NCBI GenBank assembly: GCA_900547725.1
Contig: URHR01000002.1
Location: 3,294 to 67,293 of the forward strand
Origin: an uncultured Eubacteriales bacterium
Lineage (GTDB): Bacteria; Bacillota; Clostridia; Oscillospirales; CAG-272
Direction: 5' to 3'
DNA length: 64,000 nt
A program made the translations under genes and the position numbers. The notes below the pieces were generated by a model. The model did no database searches. It was not told the origin of the DNA and saw only the letters and a list, made by a program, of their open reading frames with translations. Every line of letters begins with the position of its first letter. The stretch's first letter is position 1. This document shows, one piece after another, positions 34,437 to 43,420 of the stretch.

Positions 34437-35399
34437 ATGAGAATACTGAAGATCGGAAAGAACGACGCGGGACAGCGGCTTGACAAATTCCTTTCCAAGG
34501 CGGTCAGGGGGCTTCCGCAGTCGCTGATGTACAAGTATATCCGCACGAAAAAAATCAAGGTCAACCGCGCGCGGGCCGAGCAGAACCAAATGCTTTGCGA
34601 GGGGGACGAGGTACAGCTGTTTATCCGCGACGAATTTTTCGATTCGCCCGAGAAGGACAGCGGCGCAGTCCGGCGGATTGAGCCGAAGCTGGATATTGTG
34701 TACGAGGACGAAAACATTCTCCTGCTCAACAAACGCCCCGGAGTGTTGGTTCACGAGGATACCGCCGCAGGGGAGAATACGCTGATTCTGCACGTCCGGG
34801 CGTACCTGACGCAGAAAGGGGAATATGACCCCGCCGCCGAGCAGTCCTTCTCTCCCGCGCTCTGCAACCGCATCGACCGCAACACGGGAGGCATTGTGAT
34901 TGCCGCAAAGAACGCGGTTGCCCTGCGGGAAATGAACGAAAAAATCCGCAACGACGAGGTGCGGAAGTTCTATTACTGCGTGGTGCACGGGAAAATGCCG
35001 AAACAGGCGGACACCCTGCACGGGTATCTGCGCAAGGACGCCGCGAACAATACCGTAACGGTCAGCGATACGAAACGGGCGGGCTACAAGGAAATTATCA
35101 CCAAGTACCGCGTGGTGCGGGAGAAGGGGGATTTGTCCTTGCTGGAAGTGGAACTGGTGACGGGACGGACGCACCAGATCCGCGCGCATCTTTCGCACAT
35201 CGGACACCCGCTTCTGGGTGACGGAAAGTACGGCATCAACCGTGCGGATCGCGCCAAGGGCTACAAATTTCAGGCGCTTTATGCCTATCGGTTGCAGTTC
35301 CGCTTCCGTGACGGAACAGGACCGCTCGGGTATCTGAACGGCAAGACCGTACAGCTTGACCCCGCAAAGATCTGGTTTCTGCGGGAGTTCGGAATGTAA
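34437..35399 (+). CDS. RluA-family pseudouridine synthase (RluC/RluD-like)
   Basis: S4-like N-terminus, catalytic NRIDRNTGGIVIAAKN, TGRTHQIRAHL. Confidence 0.88.
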   Translation: MRILKIGKNDAGQRLDKFLSKAVRGLPQSLMYKYIRTKKIKVNRARAEQNQMLCEGDEVQLFIRDEFFDSPEKDSGAVRRIEPKLDIVYEDENILLLNKRPGVLVHEDTAAGENTLILHVRAYLTQKGEYDPAAEQSFSPALCNRIDRNTGGIVIAAKNAVALREMNEKIRNDEVRKFYYCVVHGKMPKQADTLHGYLRKDAANNTVTVSDTKRAGYKEIITKYRVVREKGDLSLLEVELVTGRTHQIRAHLSHIGHPLLGDGKYGINRADRAKGYKFQALYAYRLQFRFRDGTGPLGYLNGKTVQLDPAKIWFLREFGM

Positions 35400-35435
35400 A
35401 AACAAAGAGCCGGAAAAAGGAAGGGAGGACGAAAC

Positions 35436-37031
35436 ATGACGAAACGGGAAGCGTGGATTCTGCGCGGCTTTCTTGCGTTGGGCGCGGCGCTGACGGCGCT
35501 GACGCTGATTTTTCCGCAGGTCGGAATGCTCGAGTGGGTGACCATGATTCCGATTGCGCTGGCGCTCTACCGCCTCACCGACCGCGGCGTGAGCCTGTGG
35601 AAGGCTTACCGTTACGGCTTTTTCACCGTGTTCGTTTTCTATTTCATTCTGTATCACTGGTTCGTTTACCTTTACCCGTTGGATTTTGTCGGGCTCGGAA
35701 ACGGCGCGTCGGTTGCGGTCGTCATTGCGGGCTGGCTCGGGCTGACGCTGTTGCAGGCAATCCCCGGAGGGCTGATGTTCCTCGGCTTCGCGGCGCTGTG
35801 CCGGACGCGGGTTGTCAAACGGTATCCGCTTGCAAAACCGTTTCTTTTCGCGGCGCTCTGGGTTGTGTTTGAGTGGTCCTCAACTCTGGCATGGACGGGA
35901 GTTCCGTGGGGGCGGCTCTGCCTTGGGCAGATGAAACTGCTGACCGTGTTGCAAAGCGCTTCGCTGTTCGGGTCTTACTTCATCACGTTTCTGCTGGTTG
36001 TGTTCAACGCCCTTGTCGCAATGGCGGTCATGCTCAAGCCCCGGCGCGTGGTGTGCGTGACATTGGCAGTTGTGCTGTTTGCCTGCAACCATATGTTCGG
36101 GCTTTTGCGGATGAATCTGCAGCACAAAATCGGCACGGTGGAGACCGACGTTGCCATTATACAGGGGAACGTCAACTCCCACGACAAATGGAGCGCCGAC
36201 AGTTACCGGAATACGTTGGATCTCTATGGCGGAATGACGCGGCAGGCGGCGGAGAAGGGGGCAACGCTGGTGGTCTGGCCGGAAACGGCATTGCCGTATG
36301 ACCTGAGCCGAAACCACTCGCTGACCGTCTGGCTTGAGGAACTGGCGCGGGACTGCAATGTGACGCTGATCGTCGGCGCACTCTGGACAGACGGGGAGGG
36401 GCGCGAATACAATTCGCTGTTTCTCGTGACGCCCGAGGACGGTTTTTCCTCCGGGGCGCGTTATGATAAGCGACATTTGGTTCCGTTCGGGGAGTATGTT
36501 CCCATGCGGGAGCTGATTACCGCGTTGATCCCGCCGCTTGCGGAGCTTTCGGCACTGGATGACGATCTGACTGCGGGGAGCGGTTCTGCTCTGTTCGAAA
36601 CGCCGTGGGGAAAAATCGGCTCGCTGATCTGCTTCGATTCCATCTATGAGGGACTGGCGGTGGACAGCGTGCGGGACGGCGCGGCGCTGATGGTGATTTC
36701 CAGTAACGATTCGTGGTTCTACGATTCCGCGGCGGTTCGTCAGCACCTGTATCAGGCGCAATTGCGGGCGATCGAAACCGGGAGAACCTATGTCCGGGCG
36801 GCGAACACGGGCATTTCCGATGTCATTACGCGCTACGGGCGCTCCACGGCGCAGATCGGCGCGTTGGTTGACGGCTTTGAGGTGCGTTGCGTGGAATTCC
36901 GTACCGACAAGACGTTGTATGTTTGCATAGGCAATCTGTTCGTCTATCTCTGTCTTGCGTTTCTCCTGACCGCGCCGGCGCTGGAATGGATTCTGCGGAA
37001 AAAAGAAAAAGATGAAGAACAGGCTTCCTGA
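35436..37031 (+). CDS. lnt: Apolipoprotein N-acyltransferase
   Basis: About seven N-terminal TM segments followed by a CN-hydrolase domain (VVWPETALP, LVPFGEYVP, ICFDSIY with the catalytic Cys context) and a C-terminal TM. Confidence 0.85.
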   Translation: MTKREAWILRGFLALGAALTALTLIFPQVGMLEWVTMIPIALALYRLTDRGVSLWKAYRYGFFTVFVFYFILYHWFVYLYPLDFVGLGNGASVAVVIAGWLGLTLLQAIPGGLMFLGFAALCRTRVVKRYPLAKPFLFAALWVVFEWSSTLAWTGVPWGRLCLGQMKLLTVLQSASLFGSYFITFLLVVFNALVAMAVMLKPRRVVCVTLAVVLFACNHMFGLLRMNLQHKIGTVETDVAIIQGNVNSHDKWSADSYRNTLDLYGGMTRQAAEKGATLVVWPETALPYDLSRNHSLTVWLEELARDCNVTLIVGALWTDGEGREYNSLFLVTPEDGFSSGARYDKRHLVPFGEYVPMRELITALIPPLAELSALDDDLTAGSGSALFETPWGKIGSLICFDSIYEGLAVDSVRDGAALMVISSNDSWFYDSAAVRQHLYQAQLRAIETGRTYVRAANTGISDVITRYGRSTAQIGALVDGFEVRCVEFRTDKTLYVCIGNLFVYLCLAFLLTAPALEWILRKKEKDEEQAS

Positions 37032-37048
37032 CGGAAGCCTGTTCTTTT
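37016..37048 (+). terminator. Intrinsic terminator overlapping the lnt stop
   Basis: GAACAGGCTTCC-TGAC-GGAAGCCTGTTC followed by TTTTC. Confidence 0.8.
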
Positions 37049-37290
37049 CTGAGACTGTAAATAGAATAGAAAGGTATGGATACCCCAAAAAGTACAAACT
37101 CCTTTCACGCTTTTTCTTTGACCATAGAGGCGCAAAGAGAAAAGCACACTTTGCTGCGCAAAGCTGCAAAAAGAAAGCGCCGTAGGGGGATTTCGCCGTC
37201 TGCGGACGGCGACGAGGACTCCGCGTCCTCGACCGCGCCGCCTTTTAGAAAAGGCGGGCGAAAACTTTCTCTGCAACGGAAGCCTGTTTC
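37049..37290. repeat. Multi-hairpin GC-rich intergenic block
   Basis: Serial short hairpins: CTTTGCTGCGCAAAG, CGCCGTCTGCGGACGGCG, CGAGGACTCCGCGTCCTCG, CGCCGCCTTTTAGAAAAGGCGGGCG. No credible ORF. Confidence 0.5.
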
Positions 37291-37293
37291 GTT

Positions 37294-37824
37294 TTATTCT
37301 GTCGTGATGAACAGGATATTATACTGGTGCGTCATCGAGTCCCAGACCGCGTCGGTGACAACGCCTGTGGGGGAGAAGGCGTTGCAACGCTGAAACGCCT
37401 TGACCGCGTTGGCGGTGGCGGGGGTGAATTCGCCCGTTACCTCCACATTTCCGATCGAGCCGTACTTTCCTTCCAAGCGGCTCAGCATATACTGAATCGC
37501 CGCAACCGCAAAACCGCGACTGCCCGTTTTCAGAATTCCTCCCGACGGCGCGCGGGGGAAAATATCCATCCGCTCGCGCGGACCGTTTGCCGTGAGTGAC
37601 GCGCGATAAGCGTCATAGAGCGCTTCCCATGTGGCTTGATCCGCCATGCCGGTTACAGGCAGATTGTGCGCCGCCTGAAATTCCTCCAGTGACCGTTGGG
37701 TCGCGTAGTCAAAGATGCCGTTGACGGGCGGCTGCGTCATTCCCGGAGTGTCGTAGGAAATCTGCCTCAGATAGGTCTGCAGATTCAGAACTGCCGCAAT
37801 CGGGGTGTTTTCGGTTGATCCCAT
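37294..37824 (-). CDS. Peptidoglycan-binding domain (PG_binding_1) protein
   Basis: Two PGBD repeats (LQTYLRQIS...DGIFDYATQRSLEEFQAAHNLPVTGMADQATWEALY; IQYMLSRL...VTGEFTPATANAVKAFQ). Confidence 0.8.
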   Translation of the reverse strand: MGSTENTPIAAVLNLQTYLRQISYDTPGMTQPPVNGIFDYATQRSLEEFQAAHNLPVTGMADQATWEALYDAYRASLTANGPRERMDIFPRAPSGGILKTGSRGFAVAAIQYMLSRLEGKYGSIGNVEVTGEFTPATANAVKAFQRCNAFSPTGVVTDAVWDSMTHQYNILFITTE

Positions 37825-37837
37825 ACTCTCCGCCTCC

Positions 37838-39241
37838 TTATTGCCCGAGCGCGTAACCCGGGTACTGTCCGTCGTTCAGCCGCGCGCCGATATAGAGCGT
37901 GTTGTAAATGTCGGTCACGGCGTTCCAGACCGTTGCGTCCACCACGCCGCCGTTTGCATCGGGCAGACCGAACTCCCGCTTGAAAGCGATGACCGCTTCC
38001 TCGGTGCGCGGGCCGAAATAGCCCGTCGGGTTGACCGTGGGAATCGACGGGTAGGATTGCGCAATGTAGTTCAGGTATTCCTGCAACAGGCGCACATAGT
38101 CCGAATCCGACCCCACGCGGAGCGGCGCGCCCGGATAGGGGACGGTCACGCCCTCGGTGTACTGCGTCGGAATGGTGCGGATGATGCCGAGATAGGCGTC
38201 GTAAAGCGCGTTCCATGTCCGGACTCCGACAATGCCGTCCTCGGCAAGCCCGAACGTCCGTTGGAGCGCCTTGACCGCCGCGAGTGTGTCCGTGCCGAAC
38301 ACGCCGTCCACCGCGATGACGGGGATGGTGTCGTAGTACTGCCCGACATAGTTGAGCAGGTATTGCAGATTGTAGACGTAGTTTCCGCTGTCGCCCTCCT
38401 TGAGCACCTCCGGAAAGATCGGCGTGACCTCCCCCTCGGGAATGCCTTCCGCGCTCAGGTCGGTCAGCTTTTTGACCCCGATATAGACGTTCTGGATGGT
38501 GTACCATGTCGATTTCCCGACGATGCCGTCGGAATCCAGATTGAAGATTTCCTGAAAACGGCGAATCGCCGCCTCGGTGTCCTCGTCGAATCTGCCGTCG
38601 GTGGCAAGAATTTTCGGAATGGAGGGGTAGTTGTTGGAGATTCGGTTCAGCCGGATTTGAACGGTTCGCACATCGTTGTTGACCGTTCCGAGACGGAGCG
38701 GCGCGGGCGGGACGCTCGATCCTACGCCTTCGACAGGCGCGTCGCGCACCAGTTCGATGTCGTCGCCGTAATAGGCTTGCAGAATTTCAAACGGCGACAG
38801 CCCGCGGTTGGCAAGCGTGACCGTGCCCCACTGGGAAAGCCCGTTGCAGGTCACGGTTGTGCCGTTGCAGTACTGCGCGAACAGCGGCGCAACACTGCCT
38901 TCGCGGCGGATATAGTCGTTGAACAGCTCGGATGCAATCCGACGGACGTTTTCAAAGGTTTCCCGCCCGTTTACGAACGCCTGATCATAAGCGGTGTTGT
39001 TGGTGATGTCGAAATCGTAGCCGCGCGTGCGGTAGTACTCCGTCCAGACGCGGTTCAGTGCAAACGACACCTGCGCGTAAATGTTGGCGCGGATGGCGTT
39101 TTCCGGCCATGTTGGGTAAATCTCGCTTGAAGCGACATTTGCGATGTAGTCAAGAAACGGAACGGTCACGTTGGCGGCGTCCGATTGCGGCGCGCCGAGG
39201 TGAACGGTGATGGTTTCGGGAATAACAGGAACGGTCGGCAT
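37838..39241 (-). CDS. SpoIID/LytB-like domain plus three PG-binding repeats (SleC-like putative cortex/peptidoglycan lytic protein)
   Basis: N-terminus FLDYIANVASSEIYPTWPENAIRANIYAQVSFALNRV...GYDFDITNNTAYDQAF parallels the SpoIID/LytB pattern. Three PG_binding_1-type repeats follow (VQIRLNRIS.., LQYLLNYV.., LQEYLNYIA..). Confidence 0.65.
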   Translation of the reverse strand: MPTVPVIPETITVHLGAPQSDAANVTVPFLDYIANVASSEIYPTWPENAIRANIYAQVSFALNRVWTEYYRTRGYDFDITNNTAYDQAFVNGRETFENVRRIASELFNDYIRREGSVAPLFAQYCNGTTVTCNGLSQWGTVTLANRGLSPFEILQAYYGDDIELVRDAPVEGVGSSVPPAPLRLGTVNNDVRTVQIRLNRISNNYPSIPKILATDGRFDEDTEAAIRRFQEIFNLDSDGIVGKSTWYTIQNVYIGVKKLTDLSAEGIPEGEVTPIFPEVLKEGDSGNYVYNLQYLLNYVGQYYDTIPVIAVDGVFGTDTLAAVKALQRTFGLAEDGIVGVRTWNALYDAYLGIIRTIPTQYTEGVTVPYPGAPLRVGSDSDYVRLLQEYLNYIAQSYPSIPTVNPTGYFGPRTEEAVIAFKREFGLPDANGGVVDATVWNAVTDIYNTLYIGARLNDGQYPGYALGQ

Positions 39242-39259
39242 GGTCGCGAACCTCCTTTC

Positions 39260-39775
39260 TCAAAGTTCGGGATAACCCGTTTCGGGAAAATATTGAGTGT
39301 CCTTCGGGCGCGTTCCGCCCGAGCCGTCCTCGGGAAGCGGAATCAGAACGGCGGACTGCAGGGATGTGATGCCGTCGAAAATCGGAATGCCGAGGTAGCA
39401 TTGCCTGCGGTAGCCCACGAGAAAGACATCGGCGGAATAGCGGGCGTAGGGCTGACTTGCCCCGGGGCTTTCACTTGCGGCGGCGGGAGGCGCAGGAAGC
39501 GGAAGCCGAACCGTGCTGCCGTCCCTGCCGGTTAAGAGCGAGGCAACAACGTCTCCGCGCGTAGCCGGGTCACTGTCTTTTTCCTCCTCACAGGTGCGGA
39601 TGTCCACCCGCGCGCCCTCCAGCGGAATCGCGCCCCGCGCGGTGCTGACGCGAACGATCAGATATCCCGTTCCCGTTCCGTCGGAGGGGGCTTCCGCCTC
39701 GGGTAAGGGGGCGGATGCAGGTTCTTGCGCGGGCGTCGGTACTTCGGGTATGTCTCGGTTCTGTCTTTCCTCCAT
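39260..39775 (-). CDS. Hypothetical protein with Pro/Glu/Ala-rich N-terminus, first gene of the PG-binding operon
   Basis: AAAGGAG RBS before the ATG at 39775. GYLIVRVSTARGAIPLEGARVDI resembles a carboxypeptidase-regulatory-like beta-sandwich start (weak). Confidence 0.55.
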   Translation of the reverse strand: MEERQNRDIPEVPTPAQEPASAPLPEAEAPSDGTGTGYLIVRVSTARGAIPLEGARVDIRTCEEEKDSDPATRGDVVASLLTGRDGSTVRLPLPAPPAAASESPGASQPYARYSADVFLVGYRRQCYLGIPIFDGITSLQSAVLIPLPEDGSGGTRPKDTQYFPETGYPEL

Positions 39776-39867
39776 GAATTTTTCTCCTTTCGTGCGGCAG
39801 AAGGGAAAGACTGCCGCGGTATCGTTATCACGGTATGCGGAAAAAGGAAAAATGGTGCGCAAAAACC

Positions 39868-39896
39868 TTGACAAAGCCGCGCGGATGCGGTATAAT
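39868..39896 (+). promoter_or_regulatory. Consensus sigma-A promoter for the DtxR-family regulator
   Basis: TTGACA at 39868-39873, 17-nt spacer, TATAAT at 39891-39896. Confidence 0.75.
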
Positions 39897-39927
39897 AGTA
39901 ATAATATATACGGAAAGAGGAAGATCC

Positions 39928-40308
39928 ATGAAAATACAGGAATCCGGAGAAATGTATCTTGAAACCATTTTGATCCTGTCGCAGAAAAGCCCGTATGTAC
40001 GGTCGATCGACGTGGGTGAATATATGGGCTTCAGCAAACCGAGCGTCAGCCACGCGATGGGACTGTTGCGGAGCGGCGGTTATGTCAACATGGACGAAAA
40101 CGGCTATCTGACCCTGACCGAAGCGGGGGCGGAACTGGCGGGAAAAATTTACGAGCGACATCGGGTGCTCACGCGCATTCTGACCCTGCTCGGCGTGGAC
40201 GAAAAGGTCGCCGCCGAGGACGCCTGCAAGATGGAGCACGATATCAGCGACGTGTCGTTCGCGGCGCTGAAGCATCATGTGGAGGAAATGGAACGCGGGA
40301 AGGCGTGA
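39928..40308 (+). CDS. DtxR/MntR family metal-dependent transcriptional repressor
   Basis: SGEMYLETILIL, wHTH VGEYMGFSKPSVSHAMGLLRSGGYV, ERHRVLTRILTLLGVDEKVAAEDACKMEH. Confidence 0.88.
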   Translation: MKIQESGEMYLETILILSQKSPYVRSIDVGEYMGFSKPSVSHAMGLLRSGGYVNMDENGYLTLTEAGAELAGKIYERHRVLTRILTLLGVDEKVAAEDACKMEHDISDVSFAALKHHVEEMERGKA

Positions 40309-40418
40309 TGATGGTCGTAGCGATAGGGTGACGGATGAGGGCGATCTGTTTCTCCGGTTTGCTTTGCATGACCTTCTTTGTGGGCGGTGGAATATACTGC
40401 TCTCGGAGGTGATGACGG

Positions 40419-40850
40419 ATGGGAAACGGAGTTGCGGCTCGGAGATTGGTTGTAAGAGAGGGCTATGCGGTTCTGCTGACGGCGGAATTGTTCCTGTCGA
40501 TCCCGCAGGAATCTGCGCGGCTGACCGATTTTACCGTGCGGAGCGGCGAGGTGATGCTCCGCAGGCTCTTCCGCGAGGAGGGGGAGCGGGCGAGATCCGA
40601 TTATCTTGCGATGGAGGATCACGCGGCGCGTGCCCGTTGGCGGGTTCGAAGGCTGCGCGTGACGGCGCGGTGCGAGCCGACAGACGACCGCCACTGCCGC
40701 GTTCTGCTGACGGCGGAACTGAACGGAACGGTTCTGCAAAGCGAGGAACGGGTCTGGAATCTGAACGAAGAGACCTTGCTTCCGCCGCGACAGAGCAGGC
40801 GGCTGACGCGCGCGGTGGTCAAAAAATGCCCGACTTCGACAAAAAATTAA
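40419..40850 (+). CDS. Hypothetical Arg-rich protein (143 aa)
   Basis: GGAGGTG RBS about 8 nt upstream. Host-like codon usage. VLLTAEL occurs twice. Preferred over the overlapping 258-aa ORF in another frame. Confidence 0.5.
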   Translation: MGNGVAARRLVVREGYAVLLTAELFLSIPQESARLTDFTVRSGEVMLRRLFREEGERARSDYLAMEDHAARARWRVRRLRVTARCEPTDDRHCRVLLTAELNGTVLQSEERVWNLNEETLLPPRQSRRLTRAVVKKCPTSTKN

Positions 40851-40882
40851 CAAATTTCACCGACCGAGTATCGCAAACCCTC

Positions 40883-40911
40883 TTGCAAAGCGAGGGGAAA
40901 TGTGGTATAAT
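40883..40911 (+). promoter_or_regulatory. Sigma-A promoter of the V-type ATPase operon
   Basis: TTGCAA at 40883-40888, 17-nt spacer, extended -10 TGgTATAAT ending at 40911. Confidence 0.7.
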
Positions 40912-41009
40912 AACAAAGATGTCATCAGAAGATGGGAAAAATTCATTTTTTGATATGCGGGGCGGGTCTCCGCGCCGCATGACAAACCGACCGATAGAGA
41001 GGGGAGTTT

Positions 41010-41330
41010 ATGTCAAAGGATACGTTGGAAAAAATCAGAAAAGCCGAGCATGACGCCGAGCAACTGGTTGCCGATGCCGAAGAAAAGGCAAAGGCAATGA
41101 AGGCGGAGGCGATCCGACAGGGCGAGGAGCTTTGCCGGATGACCGAGAAATCGGTTTCTGCGGAACTTGCGGGAATGCTGGAGCAGATCCGCGAAAAGAC
41201 CGCCGAACTGACCGATCGGGTCATGGAAGAAACCAAGTCCGAAGCCGAAGAGGTTGCGGCGCGTGCAAGGCTGAACCGCAAGAGCGCGGAAAAAATCGTG
41301 ATCGGAGGGTTGGACGCGAAATGTCGGTAA
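41010..41330 (+). CDS. V-type ATP synthase peripheral-stalk subunit G/H (NtpF-like)
   Basis: 106-aa coiled-coil protein (KIRKAEHDAEQLVADAEEKAKAMKAEA) at the first position of the operon. Confidence 0.75.
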   Translation: MSKDTLEKIRKAEHDAEQLVADAEEKAKAMKAEAIRQGEELCRMTEKSVSAELAGMLEQIREKTAELTDRVMEETKSEAEEVAARARLNRKSAEKIVIGGLDAKCR

Positions 41331-43363
41331 GCAAAATGAAAAAGCTGACCGCTTTCGTTTTCCGTGACGATGCCGACCGACTGGTGCGAAGTCTGATGCG
41401 ACTGCGTTGCGTGCAGGTGCGGAGTCTTGACGCCGAGCGAAGCGCGCAGAAACTCTCGCGCGTGGACTGCGACGCGGAATTGACAGAAGCGCGCAGGCGC
41501 GTGGCGGAGGTGGACGCGGTTCTGCCGGTTTTGTCCCGCTACAGCACGCGTAAAATGCGCTTCCGCAGACGGGTTCACGAAGTGGATCAACAGGCGTTTG
41601 CGGAAAGCGGTGACGCGGCGCGCGCATGGGAGGCCGTAAAAAAGGCGGAACGTCTGTTGGAGGAAACCCGGGCGGGCGAGAGCGAGCACACAAGGCTTGC
41701 GGCGCTCTACGGGTCGCTTCAGCCGTGGCTGGACTATGACGTACCGCTGTCGGACACCGAAACGGAAAAAACGAAAACATGGCTCGGCTCTGTTCCGCTG
41801 ACCGTTCCCGCAGAGCGTGTAACCGAATCGCTCGGCGCGCTCGGTTGCGCTACGGAAGAGGTCTTTGACGATGAAAAGTACAGCTACTTCGCGGTGACTT
41901 TCCTCAAAGAAAAGGAAACAGATGTCGGAGCGGCGCTTGCCTCCTGCGGTTTTGTGCGGCAGGAATTCGCGGGCGTGACGGAAACCGCGCTTTCGGCTTC
42001 ACGTGAGGCCGAGGGGCGTTTGGCGGAACTGGAAGAAGAGGCGGTCAGACGGGAAGAGAGTCTGCGCGACTGCGCGGAGGCTCTGGACGAGATCGAAATT
42101 CTTCACGATGTGGAAGCAACGGGACTGCGCGTGGCGGAATTGAAGCAGAAACTGGCGGCAACCGAATCCTGCGCGGTTCTGGAGGGATGGTTCCCCGAGA
42201 ACATGGAGGATGCGGTCACGGCGGTTCTCGGCAAATTCGAGTGCGCCTACGAAACGGACGAGCCGGAGGCGGGAGAAAATCCGCCGGTTCTGCTCCGCAA
42301 CAACAGGTTTGCGCAGAACTTCGAATGGGTCATCGGAATGTATTCCTACCCGAAATACGGCGCGTTCGACCCGACTTTCATCATGTCGATTTTCTATTTC
42401 CTGATTTTCGGTATGATGTTTGCGGATGTCGGCTACGGTCTGCTTCTGACCCTTGGCTGTATCGCGGGGATCAGGCTGCTCAACCCCAAGCCCGGAATGC
42501 GGCGAATGCTTTCCATGTTCGCATGGTGCGGCGTGTCCTGCGCAATCCTCGGCGTGGTGTTCGGCGGTTGGTTCGGAGACCTGCCCGTTGCCATTATGAA
42601 GAATTTCATGGGTATCGAGCATCCCGAAAGCACGAAGATCGGTCACTTTTTCGCAAACGGTCTGTTGTTTAACCCCGTGTCGTCGGCAGTGTCGTTTCTG
42701 ATCCTGTCGCTGGCGGTCGGTGAAGTTCATCTGGTCGCGGGTATGGCGGTCAATATGGTGGAAACGTGGAAGAGCGGTCACCGCGCGGAGGCAATCTGCG
42801 GAACGGTTCCGTTCTGGGTGCTGTTTGCGGGAATCGATCTCGCGGCGCCGAATATGTTCATCGGGATGAAGATGATGGGCGAGGGTATGAGCGACGCGAC
42901 CAAAGCGATGTTCGCCTCCCTTGCCGGCATTGCAACCTATCTCATGATCGGCGGCGTGGTCGGAATTCTGCTTCTCAAGGGCGTTGGACAGAAATCCTTC
43001 GGCGGTTGGCTTGTCAAAGGATTGGGCGGTCTTTATTCGCTCATCAGCTTTGCATCCGACCTCATGTCCTACTCCCGTATCCTTGCGCTCGGTCTGGTGG
43101 CGGGCGTTATCGGACAGGTTATCAATATGATAACGGCGCTCGGCTCGTCGGGTGTCGTCGGTTTCGTTGTCATGCTTCTGGTTCTGATTGTGGGGCATCT
43201 GTTCAACATTGCCATTAACCTGCTCGGAACGTTTGTTCATGCGGCACGACTCCAGTATATCGAATTCTTCGGCAAATTCTATGAGGACGGCGGCGATATC
43301 TTTGAACCTGCCGAACCTTCCTCGGATTACACCGAAGATCCCGCAGAGCCTGCGGAAACCTGA
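41321..43363 (+). CDS. ntpI: V-type ATP synthase subunit I (membrane a-subunit)
   Basis: 680 aa from ATG 41321. Soluble N-terminal half, C-terminal polytopic half with the conserved SYSRILALG arginine context. Confidence 0.92.
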   Translation: MSVSKMKKLTAFVFRDDADRLVRSLMRLRCVQVRSLDAERSAQKLSRVDCDAELTEARRRVAEVDAVLPVLSRYSTRKMRFRRRVHEVDQQAFAESGDAARAWEAVKKAERLLEETRAGESEHTRLAALYGSLQPWLDYDVPLSDTETEKTKTWLGSVPLTVPAERVTESLGALGCATEEVFDDEKYSYFAVTFLKEKETDVGAALASCGFVRQEFAGVTETALSASREAEGRLAELEEEAVRREESLRDCAEALDEIEILHDVEATGLRVAELKQKLAATESCAVLEGWFPENMEDAVTAVLGKFECAYETDEPEAGENPPVLLRNNRFAQNFEWVIGMYSYPKYGAFDPTFIMSIFYFLIFGMMFADVGYGLLLTLGCIAGIRLLNPKPGMRRMLSMFAWCGVSCAILGVVFGGWFGDLPVAIMKNFMGIEHPESTKIGHFFANGLLFNPVSSAVSFLILSLAVGEVHLVAGMAVNMVETWKSGHRAEAICGTVPFWVLFAGIDLAAPNMFIGMKMMGEGMSDATKAMFASLAGIATYLMIGGVVGILLLKGVGQKSFGGWLVKGLGGLYSLISFASDLMSYSRILALGLVAGVIGQVINMITALGSSGVVGFVVMLLVLIVGHLFNIAINLLGTFVHAARLQYIEFFGKFYEDGGDIFEPAEPSSDYTEDPAEPAET

Positions 43364-43420
43364 TTCAGTTGTCCCAAAATTCAAAATATAACAAAAAACA
43401 AAATTAAGGAGACAAAAACC

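Noticed and set aside
37076-37393. 105-aa ORF (and the minus-strand 36944-37276 ORF) in the lnt-downstream intergenic block
   Set aside because: It has low-complexity Arg/Ser/Lys-rich translation and no RBS. It is composed of stacked hairpin repeats and partly overlaps the 3' end of the PG-binding gene.
40277-41053. 258-aa plus-strand ORF overlapping the 143-aa ORF and running into the V-ATPase promoter and first gene
   Set aside because: It has no RBS at its start. It crosses a consensus promoter (40883-40911) and overlaps the start of the stalk-subunit gene. Its composition is Gly/Arg-rich. The 143-aa frame has the better RBS and codon usage, though that frame is itself only moderately supported.
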